DNA of 64,000 nt from Phoronis australis (taxonomy: Eukaryota; Animalia; Phoronida). Both the position numbers and the translations under genes were made by a program. Positions 31,701 to 43,943 of this stretch are shown piece by piece; the first letter of the stretch is position 1, and each line of letters begins with the position of its first letter. The notes below the pieces were generated by a model. That model was not told the DNA's origin. It did not search any database and saw nothing but the letters and a program-made list of their open reading frames with translations. The DNA lies in assembly GCA_002633005.1 (NCBI GenBank), contig NMRA01000371.1:62001-126000 (forward strand), given 5' to 3'.

Positions 31701-34700
31701 TCAATCAAAAGGTGATCTCCTATGAGTGTGACAGCATTGTGTATTTAGAAGTATTTTTATAGGACATTCAGTTGTACAGTGGAGCCTGCTTAAAGTCTTA
31801 CCCTCAATTTTGGTAATGAGTGAGATTTTTTACTTGGGTTTAATGGAAACTGGTTTGTTTTTTTTCCATTTCATAACAATATCCAGGATATTCTAGTATC
31901 CAGTATGACATGAAGTAGACTCCACTGTATGTGGTTGTTTGTTTAAGAAGGCATTGCAACGTGTGTCATGGTAATAACTGCACTCTTTTGGTTGGACGGT
32001 TTCTTTCTGTCATTTTGTTACAATTAGATGATGTTTGGAAGTGTTCACAAAGTGTTGCTGAACTCTTGAGTACTCTTACAGCAAGTACAATTAGATGATG
32101 TTTGGAAGTGTTCACAAAGTGTTGCTGAACTCTTGAGTACTCTTACAGCAAGTACGATTTCACGAAGAAGAAGAGGAAGAAGAATTGCCAAAGGTCATCA
32201 AACCACCAATGGTAGACCAGCAAGTGTGGACACATGAGCCGGAGTATAATCGTTCACTGTTCATTCGCATTTTTAAACCAGAGGGTCTCGATGTGAGGGG
32301 AATTAAATGTGTTGTCAATTATGGTCATCAGTTCTTTAAGACTGGAGAACTTGACCCATCTCCTGAAGTGGTAAGCATGATGTGATTTGGTATGTTTCTA
32401 ATGCACACCATTTCAAAGTGATAGATTTAACCTTAATTAATTTAAGACATACTGCAGAGTTTGAACAAATAAATTTAAAACCACAGTCTGTGCTTTCTTT
32501 TAAGCCTTAAGTTTGTTTTGGCTCTTTTTCTGGTAGTGGTAGAACCCGTATCAGAAGTAGGCAAATTCGTTTCTCTTATGTTACAAGATGGACCGCGTGG
32601 AGTTCATGGTTTGTTTGTACGGTTTGATTCAGCTTCGCAAGTTCGATTGATTACAGTTTGAGATCCATACTCTCTACATGACACAACTTGCACTGTATGG
32701 GGCATTTTAATGTTTTAAATTCAATTAAATATTCCGTGTAGTAGCGTATAAATTTCAACGTTCAAAAAGAAATTTTGTTACACGTGGGATTTAGTTTGTT
32801 CATCATTTATTATATGTACTAGCAATTGTTGGTGTCTTATATTCACCAAAGACACTTTCAATGTGTTTTCAATGACATTAACCAATTTTATAATTTGTTA
32901 TTCTTTTGTATGGTAGATCAAACCGAAGAGGGTAAAAAGTTTGAGCGTTAATTGGCAGTTTCCTTTTTATTTAAACTTATCATTGCTGTGCAGTATATAT
33001 TATTTATTGTTGTGGCTAATTTCTGTGTTTCAGAGAAAGACGCTAATTAAGGTAGTCCCCTGATGTTATGTTTTTGCAGAATTTATAAGTGTTTCAAAGT
33101 ATGCAAAACGTATTTCCAAATCCTCTACATATGTGTTTGCTGTGTAGGGTGAAATGAAGTATTTTTCTCCCATGTCTGTAATACAGAGAGCATAAACTGA
33201 TTTTTTTCACAAAAAATCTGCTTCATTTCCATGTGGACATGTTTCATGAAGCTTTTTTATAGTCTTAAGAAGTCCTAGGTTTTGTTGTTGGCCTTCTGCC
33301 TACAACACTCTTCAGCAATTGTAACTTGACATGTGATGCCATGGTTGCAAGAAGCACAGAATTTTTATGAAACAAGACCAAGTTCTGATTGAAGTTTTGT
33401 CCTTCTCTGTACTTCCAACTCTGTCTGTAGTGAGCGTCATTCAGATTTTTGCTAAAAGTAAAAACTATTGACTGCTAGTCTTTTCGTTTGTGGTTTTGAG
33501 TGGCAAAATGATAGTGAGAAACTCCCCTATCCTTTTGGTTTTTGTGACGTTTCAAATTCCAATGAACTAAGTGAATTTCAGTTATTGGTGTTCTATTCTT
33601 TGAAATTTTATAATAATGTGTTGTTTAGTTTAATATGCAATTTTTAGGAAGAGGTTGATGACAAGAAAGGTCAGTCAAGTGCAACGGTCCGAGGTCGAGG
33701 ACGGGGGTTAATGGGTACACGTGGGGGCCGTGGTGGAGGCCGACCCGGGGCTGCTGGTAGTAAACCAAAAGTGGAAGAAAAGCCTGCAGATGCTGCCCCG
33801 CAGTGAGTGGTTGTGTGGTCATTAAGATCTTTGTGGCACAATATTTCTAAAACAAATTACTCTTATCTTTTTAATGTCAACAGGATGTATTAATTAAAAT
33901 ACAGTGATGAAAATTGTGTTGGTATGTGCAGAAATGAGCTGACGTGTTATTGCAAATGGTTTTGCCAAATCCGGAAAAAAGGTTACAGAACTGTGCACGG
34001 TGATATTTCATTGTTTTGACGAGGACGGCCAGAAGGCAAATAGAAGTCATGAGACTGCTGTTAATAGGTGAAACTCAAAGTAGAAAATTTTGCTCTGATT
34101 TTTGAATGAGAATAGATTTTCACAAAATATATGCAGATGAAGCTGCATTATGGTATGACCCAATGTATAGCAACTGTTAGCAACAACTACTTAGTAAGGA
34201 AAATTAAGCTTTCTTGTTTTACAATAGTTTACTCCAAAGTTGCTCTGTGTGTTTATTGTATTGCACGGTTTGTTCCAGTTATGAAGCCATCAGAATTAGA
34301 ATGCCTGATGAGATCCCAGAGCATGTACGGCTAAGTATGGGATGGAGAGAGAAAGACCAACGTGACGACCTCAAGATCGCTATACATTATGGTCCTAATG
34401 AAGAGATGCATTCTATGGCAACCATTGACATGGATGACCTAACTGCTCTGGTATGTTATGTAACATTAATAACTTGATCTCAGGGAAATTAATTGTGGGA
34501 TGGCATTGTTTAATGCTGAGGTTTCCTAAGTAATTACTCGTTAAACTTCATTAAACATTCGCCATAACCACATTTATAATTAGACATCATAATTAGCTTG
34601 ACAGTCAATTTTGAAGTAGGCTGCTGGTGCTTATGGTATCTCAAACCAAAAAATGGCCATTTTGTTATATTAATTAGAATAAGTGTCACTAAATAAGGTT

Positions 34701-37700
34701 TGAGATAACCTTCGTGAAATGAGTATTATAAAATGAAAGATTGTGATTTGGCGAATACCAGCTCAGCAAGTGTGGTGCAAGAAGCCTGTGATAGCAACAG
34801 ACTGACTGATCTTACTTAGTTATTCTGCCACTTTCTATGTTTTGCTCCAAACTTTTTGACAACTTTTATCTCTCTCCAATCATTTAGGCACCGATTTATA
34901 AGGTTTCACACTCCCTCGATGAAATAAAATTCAGTGTGCTATCAAAAAGTGACAGTGGGCAATTCAGTCAGAATCAGAAAAATATCAATTTTTATTATTG
35001 GCCGGTTATAGCTTCACTTATTATTCGTGAAATCAAACAAAAACTGAATGAGAGTCACTTATTTGCATTATATGGTGATCAGGTTTCATTTGTTTACTAG
35101 TTGAGGTAAGGTCATGATGCCGAAGTTGACGTCGCGACGATGAATTCTGAACGATTTAAAAGTGTCAAAGCATGTTATGTGCCGATTTCATAATAAATCG
35201 ATAGGTTTCCCTGTCTACTAATCACCTGCACGTATTGAAAGTTTTGGTAGAGATCCATGACTGATTGTTTTAGTTATTCCGTGGAAATAGTACAATGGAA
35301 ATCAAAGATAGGTGATTTTAGCAAAACTTATAAGCTGACAGTATTGGCAGGCCAGTATGGCATAAACAGTTGACCGCATGCAAAAATCTTCAGAAAGGGA
35401 CCAAACCAGCTGACTCCTGTGCCTTGCTCTTATTCCGATCATCTTTTGAATTGCAGGACCTGCCTGTTGTATACGAGCCAGCACCTATTGGAGACGTGCC
35501 ACTATGGGACCTGGAGCGAGTGAGGTCAGCCAGTCAATCACCAGACGACCCCCTACATGGAGTTCTCCCCGTCAACTTCCCTCTCTACTCCATACATGCT
35601 GGGAAAAGTGATGCATTGCATCAACCAGCTGCTCAACTCCCACTGGTTTGCTATTGGTCAAAAACACTGAGGCCTCGAATGAAGAATAGAAATACAGGTG
35701 GGTATAACTGTGTCTAAAATAACCTCGTCAGTTTTGGTTTAAAGAACAATCATTTCACTTTTGAAGTGCGACTTGTTTTAGTAGGTGCTTTCACCATTCT
35801 CAAGCTTTATTATGAACTGCCCCACCTGAGGCTGGATATAAAGCCATACAGTGTTACCTGCTGTGGCTTCATGTGAGTGATGCGTGTGTCTTCACTGTGT
35901 AGTGGTTGTGATTGTTGGTACGTGTGCCCTCCAGATCACTGAAACATGTTGCGCTTCAATAAAGATGCTGTCTTTACTAATTGAAGGATTGTTAGATATT
36001 AATCGGATTGTAACATTCTGCTATACACACTTGTATTTAAGAGAGAGCCTGGCTTGTCATTGCTCAATGGGGAGAATGACTGAGAAAAACCTATCCTGAA
36101 CTTGCTTCTGATTCTCAAATATAGTTATGAAAACTTTTGCTTGACAAACATATTTTTTTGTTTTTTTTTCTGCTACATACCGTCTCCAAACTGAAAGCTT
36201 GTTTTGTTTGTTTGTTTTGTTTGTTTGTATCAGCTCTTTTCATGAGTTACTAAATATGTTCCTTCAAAAATGGACGATTTGTAGCCATTTTATTTGTTTA
36301 ACAGAATGCTGGAGTGTTCGTGAAATTGTTTTGGAGGAAACTGGTTACGACTTAAATGATGTGACGAAAGAAGATATCTGGCCAGAGAAAGTTGATGAAG
36401 CATTGTCTGCTAAATCCATGTCTCCTCAGCCAGAACCAGAGGTAATATTTAATGAGTTTAGAGTTTCAATTCTGTACAATTGGCATCGAAAATTTTATGA
36501 TTGGTCGTATTTTCAAGTTATGTGTTTTATACATCAGTTAAGTCTCTGAAACTTGAGATGATTCCTAGATGACGTTATTTTTGTTGCAATTTCAATATGA
36601 GCATCATTTTAAAATTTTTTGGTATAGTCCACGAAGGTAGTGTGAACAGCTGGTGTCAGAGTGTCACATGTCTTGAGGAACTTTTCTAATGTTGTGTAAA
36701 ATAGTTCTACCTAAATGTAATAACTATATCAAGTTTTCCATTATCCAAACAGGAGACTGTGCCGAGGTCTGAAGTTGAGGAAATCATGGATGCTCATGAT
36801 CAGGAAATAAATATGCTGAGATCTGAATATGAGTAAGTATTGGCTATGAATTGATCTGAAGTTTTAGTGGCATATTCAATGAAATATACTCAGTGAAATC
36901 AAGTATCACAAGAATAATTGTTTCAAAAATTTTCATAAATTACACTCCATAGAGAACACTCAATTTGACATTTCTATTTCAAGAGCTGAAAATAGAAATT
37001 GTTGTCATTTCGTATGGCTACATAATGTTGATTTTGATGAAAACAATCTTGTTTTTTGACCTTTGACCTATATCCATTGCATAGGTCAAAACTCACGAAC
37101 CTTGTTGCGAGGATGGAAGAAATGGAGGGGGAAATGCAAGAGATGCAACGAATTTCTGCTGACAGTATGAGGGCCTTCCACTCAGAGCCCCCACCTACAG
37201 CCCCTAAAGAGGAGAAACCAAAGCGAAGAGTTATAAAGCAAGAGTCGGCTGGAAAGCCTAAGAAAAATTTTATGATTGGTCGACCTCTGCCCAAATGGGG
37301 TGAATCGTATCCAAAAGATGTAAGTCCACACTATGGTCTTTGTGTTGTTTGCCTTAAATTTTGATTTTATTTTTCTATGTGGAAATGGTTATGGTTAGTG
37401 TCTTCTCTTAATTTTGAATATTTCATGTGGCGTATTTGGTAAATATAACCTGCTTTGTAACGAAAGTTAATCAATACTTAGTGTTTCCTTAGCTTAAGTT
37501 ACTAAACTTTATTTTACACTTATCTATCTAAAATGTTGTGATGTCCTCTTCGTCTGTCTTTTTGTCGTTCAATGTTTATTGAAATTAAAACTTGTCAAAA
37601 ATCGTATGCAGTTAGTAATTTTGTGTGTACATGAGGCAACTCCTATGCTAGCTTTTGGGGTTTTGTTACCTCAAAGCCTAAGCAAGCCTAAACCAGGCTG

Positions 37701-40700
37701 TGACTAACCCGTCGTAATGGATTCACAAATTAAAGCGCGGGGCTTGGCCGCACTGCACAAGAAATCCTATTTGCTAATTTCTCTTATAATGCAGTGATTT
37801 TAAAAATTCGAAGACGGCCAATATTTACTCATATTGGTCGTTTGCCTTAATACATATTGTTATTTTTTAACTTTGAAACTAGTACACTGAACAGGTGTTT
37901 TGGTTTATGACCACAATTATGTCAATCAATACACATTCTGGTAAGCCCATAAATAGCTCACTTCAATCTATTATGGCACCATCAAGCCATTGACGTGCAG
38001 AAGAATTCACTAAGAATATTCCATTCCACATAATGGCAAGTGTTGACTGTTTTGATTGAATGTTGCATTGGATTTCAAAAATGTAGTTGTGAAACAGGGC
38101 AAGTCCCTACTTGCTGTTTTCTGTATGTGTACATAATATTCAATGGTCATAATGGAGCTGTTATGTATGTATACATAATATTCAGTGGTCATAATGGAGC
38201 TCATAGTTTGGCATAATGAGCTGCTTCTTCTTATTTTGTCTTACTTTGAAGTCGATTGTTTTTTGATCTGCCGAAGCAGCACACAACATATTAGCTTTAA
38301 GCTTGGTTGTTTTATGGACTGATACTACCACTACTACTACTACTGGACACAGCACTGTTATCTGAAAGGAAATTATAAAGAAGAATTCTTTTTTCCTGGC
38401 AGTGCCTCTTTACAAGAAAACTTATTTTGTAAACTTCAGTCATTTTACCTGATGCCCACCTTTCTCAAAACTTGGGTGTATGCATATAATGTTTTCATCA
38501 TCTTTACTTGAATATGACTTTGATTGTTGCAGTTCTTTGAAAGAATGCAGGTGCTTGAAGAAGAAATGGCCGTGAGGAAGCAGGCACTGAGGTCAGAGAT
38601 TCAGAGAGAAATTAGTACGGATATTGAGAAGAAATTGAGTAGTCAGTATAAAATGAGTAGACCTGGGCGGACGGAGATGTACGATGCTCTCAAAGGTGGG
38701 TTGATTGAGCAAAGATATGTTAAGAATCTGATCTACATACACATTGATTTAAAACTTGGAAAATTATAAAGTAAAGTTGCAAAGGTTGCTTTCAGATTAG
38801 GGTGACTGTTTAACAGTTTACAACCATACATGCACTGTAGATTTCTTCATTAGGGTAATGCAGAAGGGTTCACACGGCAGGATTTGCGACCCCCTGACCT
38901 GGAAATACGTGACGTCTTGAGCTTTTTGAAGAGTGCATGTTGGACTTTTTATGTCAATATGACCAAAGACGATTGTCTTCAATTTGTAAATCAATCGTCC
39001 GTCAGAAAAGTTCTTTCATGCTGTATATTTCTGTTACAGAGGTCAGCTTGCCTGCGCTGTTCATGCCAGTGCGTAACTCCAACAATGTGTATAACCCCCG
39101 GGCACATCAGTACTTTCACCCAACTGGTAAGATCTCACTACTGCTGCTGTTGTTATAGTGTTGTTCGAAGTTCACTGCTTAACGGTGTGAAAATTTGACT
39201 AAATTAGCATATGGCCAACATCTTGCACTGTTAAGTCAATGGTGTGAAGTCAACGTTAGATGTTATAAATGATGTAGTGCATCAAGGAACCGGGGTGGGG
39301 ATGCTTGTTGTAAACCTAAAGCTGCATTTTGTCCTGTTTAGTTGGCTAAACATTAAATTATCCTTCAACTCTAAGACTTATAAAATTAGTCTCATAATAT
39401 TCCTTACAGTCATATAGTTCTATTTTCGTTACCAACAAGATCATCAAAACCATCAGCGACTAAAGAAAACGCTCCACGTTTCATTGGGATGGGCTAATCC
39501 TAATATTGCAAAATTATTTGAACATGACGCGTGTACCCATTGCCTGTGACTTGAATTGGTAACGGAAATGGAATCCTGTCACGGTATGGAATATTATGAG
39601 ACTAGTTTTATGAAAGTAAATGGCCTAATTTGCTAAAATAGCTTACTGTAAGCATCAACTTTTGAAAAACACCACAATATGTCGGCAGTGTCAGCTGATG
39701 AGTTGTTGTTGTCGTTGAAACTAGATACAGCACCTGAACATTGGTCCTGTGCATCTGGTTTTCAATGTACGGGATTGTGTTGAGACATTAGTGGTAATTA
39801 ACTCATTTAATTTCGTCAAAATGGTAATTGGCATTCTTTTTTCTTTACATTATTTTTAAAATACTGACTGCGTCTGATTTGGTCATAGCGTAACATCTTT
39901 GCTTGCTGTTTTCCTGTTATTAACATTTTTCAGAGCTTTGCCCTGCAATTACATGTGTCAGATGTATTTTTTACTTCAGCTATGCTCAAAAGACAAACGT
40001 GTCTTTCACTAGCTGTAATGTATGACAACATTTGTTTAAAGTTGGCCATAAACACCAGTCAAATTCAAAAGGTTGACTGTCTGTGATGACAGCCAATGGT
40101 TGTACAAACTTCCCCAAAAAACTGAAAGACATTTTGCGCTGAATTGAAAAAAATTTTGCATAGCACTTACCCCCCACCAAATGCACAAATTCGGTGAAGT
40201 TAAAATCACTAGAGACATTGAATGGGAAAAGGGGCAAAGAGGAGAAATGCTACTACTGTCATTCCTGAGCTGACCTGAGGATTCTTGGATGTTTATTGCC
40301 TAATCAACGTCCATATGCTCAATAGTTGTGATGTAACAATTTTGTGCATATGATTACTCTGTATGCGTATGTGGTTACAACATGTCTCTTGGTTTTTTCT
40401 CTTTCTTCTCATACTAATCAACTGATTTCTCTGTCTTCCTTCTTTGAAGATCAAGCGGTAGGTTACGTAAAGTACTGGAAAATGACTTGAGGAAGGTGTG
40501 ACTTTGGCTATTTTGCACCACCTTGCATTTCATTCAAGTTCTGTTTTGAATCACTGTGGTCACTGAACAAGCTACTTTGCTTAATTTGATCGTTATCTCT
40601 TTAACTCGTCACTCGTGAAAAGTCATCTCCTTTTCTGCAGTCCCAGTTGCATGACCGTTTATTTGGGTATATAAGTTTAACGTTTAGTGCTGGGTGCTTT

Positions 40701-43366
40701 GATTTGTCACTTTCATTTTACTCAAAAGCAGACACAGTTAACAGGTATACGCAAAATCCTTCATGAAAGGACCATTGCTATAACTGCCTCATGTTCCAAT
40801 ACATACTACACACATTAGTTTCTATTTGTGCATGCTTTCCCTCATAACAATGTTTCGAACTGCTTGTAATCAAAATCAGACTCCAACTCTATGGATGTTT
40901 CCCATCAATTGATGTGTGCAGTGTGAAACATGTTACAAACACAGCCTTCATCTTTTCAGTGACATTTCCTTAACGAACCAAACTGCATGCTTAGAATTAG
41001 TAAAAGTTTTGAACCAAAACTCAATGATATGGATCTCTTCAGACATAGCTTTACTGGGATATAGCATTTAAGTTGTCAAATTGATGATTTAAAATATTAT
41101 TGATTTTAGAAGTTGTCACATTAAGCATCATGGTTCTAAAGATGATGAGTTAAGCAAGGTAGCTCGTGTTTTGTACTTTTTAGTTGGTCGATGACCTGTA
41201 ACTGTGGGCTCCTATATATTAGTTAAAAGTTACTTGGGTGAAGTGCTGAAGTGTGGTTGATTTTGCATCCACGATTGTGATATGTAAATTTTTGTGTTGC
41301 AATTATCCACGATGTGGGTTTTAGCATGTTTGTATCATGACCATTTACATACAAAACCATGGATTGCATTTTAAACTGTATACCTTTGCAATAGTTTTAC
41401 TTATGAGGTGCACCTTGAAATCTGCAGTAAACCTGCACCTTCTGTCAAATATCAATATATGATATTTTACTATTAGGCCAAAAACATAATTTTTCTGGTC
41501 ATTTTTTTCTGGTCATTTTGAAAATCAAGCCAGTGTTGTTATACGTTTTAGTTGCTCACTTTTTCAAAAACAAAATCCACCCAAAATGAGGAAAATGACA
41601 TGGGATTCATTTTTTACTCATCGGTTGACAAATCATAGCATTTCAAGCTTTGCTTACCCTTGACTGCACTCGATTGACTTCACCGGTTCCATCGTGTCAA
41701 CCCACTAAGACATCTTATTGGTATCTGCTGAAAGCAGGAAATTGTCATAGAGAATAAATCAGAACTGGTGAAGACAATAAAGTGCAGCCCTTGTTTATGC
41801 ATCTAAGTTTTAGCCGAAATTGATATAGGTGGACTTATTTTTAGTGGGTGAGCACATGCAGTTATCTAAATGAGTTGACCAGAACCAACTTCACTTTCAT
41901 GGTCTTACAGTCACATCTTGTTTCTTACTCAGATTACTATGCTTGACAGGTCATTATTGCTCCAGACCTGGTCCATTAAGCTGCTTGTCATGGTTTGTTA
42001 GTGTCAATTGTCAAAGTAGTATGTAGGTTAAGGGAATTCCGGGTGATTTTTTGTTACCAATTTCATTTCAAAGGATTATAGATCTTGATTTGGCAGAATT
42101 GAAAGTTGCTTTGGAAGTTGAGTGAATGTGCTTGTCAGTGAACAATGCTTATGTTTCCACCACGAGAACATGGCTTGTGCTCTGTACAAGTGTTATATAT
42201 CACTGTTGGGAGATTTCAATTTTGTCAATGCAACAGTGGAATAGTTTTTAACTGGAGAACATAAATTATTTTTTGAATTTTTTATAAAATAAGTGAGGTG
42301 TCAGAATTCTGAGGATTTTTTAAACTGGTATTTATCACTTTAAATTGATTTTTAATCATTCAATTTTGCCTGTTTTTCAGGATCGTCGGACATGAGGCTG
42401 ACTCAGCCACCCTCTATGATGCACCTACCTCCTCTTGACCAAGTATCCTTTAACTTCACTGCAGTTGTTACTTTGAAATTAGTGCACTGGTTCAGCTTAC
42501 GTGACTTTGTGGTTCAAATTAAGATTTTCTTCTTGTATACTTTCACAAATTGATATCAACAGACCAATCAGAACACAGCATTCTTGGCACACCTTCGTTT
42601 ACATCTCCAAGCCGCCATTTTACCTGGCAAACAACACGTTGTCGGTGACTTTTCACAAGGGCGGAGCTTGCGATAGGTCAATTAATATGTGAGCCCTGCT
42701 GTCTTCCTTCCATTGACATCCCTTTTGCGACACTTCAGCTTTTTCTCTCGTTGTCTTTCATCATTTAGAAGCATAACGAAATTTTACACCAGTCCTCCAG
42801 ATGTGACAGTTTGAATGATTGAAAGACTAATCGACTAATGTTTCGCTAAATGTCCTCTTTGAAATCTTCGTGATAACTTTCAGATGAGTTTATGTCAATA
42901 TTTGTGGAGAACCACAGTATCCATTATTACTACAACACCTGTTCAATTATTATTCCTGACTACTGTCCAGAACAAATTGTCCGTGGTCAACCTGTTTGAC
43001 CTCAGCCAGAATTTTCACAGCAAGGGTCCTGAATGGCTATTCAACAAGTATATGATCTCCCAGGATGACTTTGTCACACCCGAGCCCAAGAAGGCGCCGA
43101 CTCCTTTGACTCCCGCCCCCACTTTGAATAGAACCAATAACAATACATTTGTGGAAAAGGACAGACAATCATCCAGTGCTCCAGCTGGTAATGGCCCGCT
43201 GATAAATGAAACAGATTTACCATCATCATCAGCACCAATGAATGTTATGACTCGAGAGACATCAATTCCACCTCCGGAAGTGTACTCGCCGGCAGCCCAT
43301 GAATCACCTGCGGTGCTCACTAGAATAGACAGCGTTAGCGCTACAAGTTCTGCCATGGGAACATAA
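19723..43366 (+). CDS. Uncharacterised ~947-aa multi-exon protein (coiled coils, acidic tracts, probable split C2-like domain, RG/RGG loop, Pro/Ser-rich tail)
   Basis: GT-AG exons with consistent phase and no stops: 19723-19732, 24131-24198, 24813-24926, 27143-27234, 27797-27965, 28628-28758, 29155-29296, 30354-30488, 32149-32370, (32917-32931, 33034-33051 candidate microexons), 33648-33802, 34279-34450, 35457-35697, 36305-36441, 36753-36832, 37085-37319, 38533-38695, 39040-39126, 42381-42442, 42971-43366. Total 2844 nt. The first exon is uncertain (alternative 17136-17169). Family not recognised. Confidence 0.88.
20130..20270. mobile_element. Small MITE remnant (Harbinger-like)
   Basis: Inverted ends cgttcagcaac..cgctaggacctagctaaaa / ttttagcgaggtcctagcgttattgaacg. 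Confidence 0.55.
22320..23470. mobile_element. Non-autonomous element with dense subterminal CAGTGAGAAT/ATTCTCACTG repeats (EnSpm/CACTA-like architecture)
   Basis: Many copies of the motif cluster at both ends in both orientations. Degenerate termini gctttggaaaaa / ttttttcataagc. Confidence 0.6.
24331..24628. repeat. Diverged tandem duplication, ~153-bp unit x2
   Basis: agatctatatctgga...tgaagacaatgcct...ctatggacataacaaatagat...gagatcta occurs at 24331-24470 and 24484-24628. Confidence 0.85.
26790..27055. mobile_element. Foldback/palindromic MITE with ~110-bp inverted arms
   Basis: aatatgtagaaaattaaatcaattactggacttacggattgagttg... is reverse-complementary to ...caactcaatccgtaagtccagtaattgatttaattttccacatatt, with a few transition mismatches. 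Confidence 0.85.
30834..31118. mobile_element. Inverted-repeat remnant resembling Penelope-like pseudo-LTR ends
   Basis: Arms aactttaaaatcggtgcatat..atcgatgtttcggtttattg / caataaaccgaaatgtcgat..atatgtgctgattttaaagtt. Confidence 0.45.
31777..31927. mobile_element. Tc1/mariner (pogo/Tigger-like) MITE
   Basis: TA|CAGTGGAGCCTGCTT ... AAGTAGACTCCACTG|TA. Confidence 0.75.
32019..32152 (+). repeat. Perfect 67-bp tandem duplication spanning a splice acceptor
   Basis: tacaattagatgatg...gtactcttacagcaag occurs at 32019-32085 and 32086-32152. Confidence 0.95.
39380..39611. mobile_element. MITE with TAGTCT...AGACTA-containing inverted ends (Academ-like)
   Basis: ataaaattagtctcataatattcc / ggaatattatgagactagttttat. 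Confidence 0.7.
41662..41789. mobile_element. ~127-bp PIF/Harbinger-type MITE, copy 1
   Basis: TIRs gactgcactcgattgacttcaccggttc / gaactggtgaagacaataaagtgcagcc, with 3-bp TSD CTT. Confidence 0.75.
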
Positions 43367-43817
43367 CCAGAATGTAAAATTGGAGATGTCGCAAGAATTT
43401 TGCCGTGACTACATATTGTGTTGATATTTTCTATGTAGATGCATACTCAGAACAAAGGGAAGTGTTTGTTAGACCTTGCCCGTGTCCCATTATCTGGTTA
43501 TGTACACACAACTAGGTTGTGGAATTACACAAAGCATAAAACTGCAACTGCTTTTGATAAGCGTGTAAAACATTTGTAAAATGATTAATTAAACATATAT
43601 GGGTCACAAAATCTGTTTGTTAAAGCAAAACAAAATATTTGTAATTAATTAAATTAATGCAATTTTGATTTGCTTTATTAACGTCCAACTTTCTGGCAAA
43701 GAAGCCTTTCACCGGTGGCGTACCACTACAACATAAATGGTGACTATTTCCTTTCAATTATATTGACCAGTGTCTACGTAATATGGTTATTACTTTGGGG
43801 CATTCGTTGCACACAAT

Positions 43818-43943
43818 GACTGCACTTGATAGACTGTGCCGGTTCCACCAGGTCATTTGATTGGTTCTTGATGAAGTCTTTTGGCTTAAAACCCAACCAT
43901 ATTTCTCAGTCGGCTGACCCAGCAAAGTCGATCAAGTGCAGCC
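43818..43943. mobile_element. ~127-bp PIF/Harbinger-type MITE, copy 2
   Basis: TIRs gactgcacttgatagact / agtcgatcaagtgcagcc, with 3-bp TSD AAT. Same family as 41662-41789. Confidence 0.75.

Noticed and set aside
42884-42970. 5' part of the 160-aa ORF as coding sequence
   Set aside because: The in-phase acceptor at 42970 (ctgac branch-like site, tgtccag) fits better, so the upstream part is probably intronic read-through. An alternative acceptor at 42883 cannot be fully excluded.
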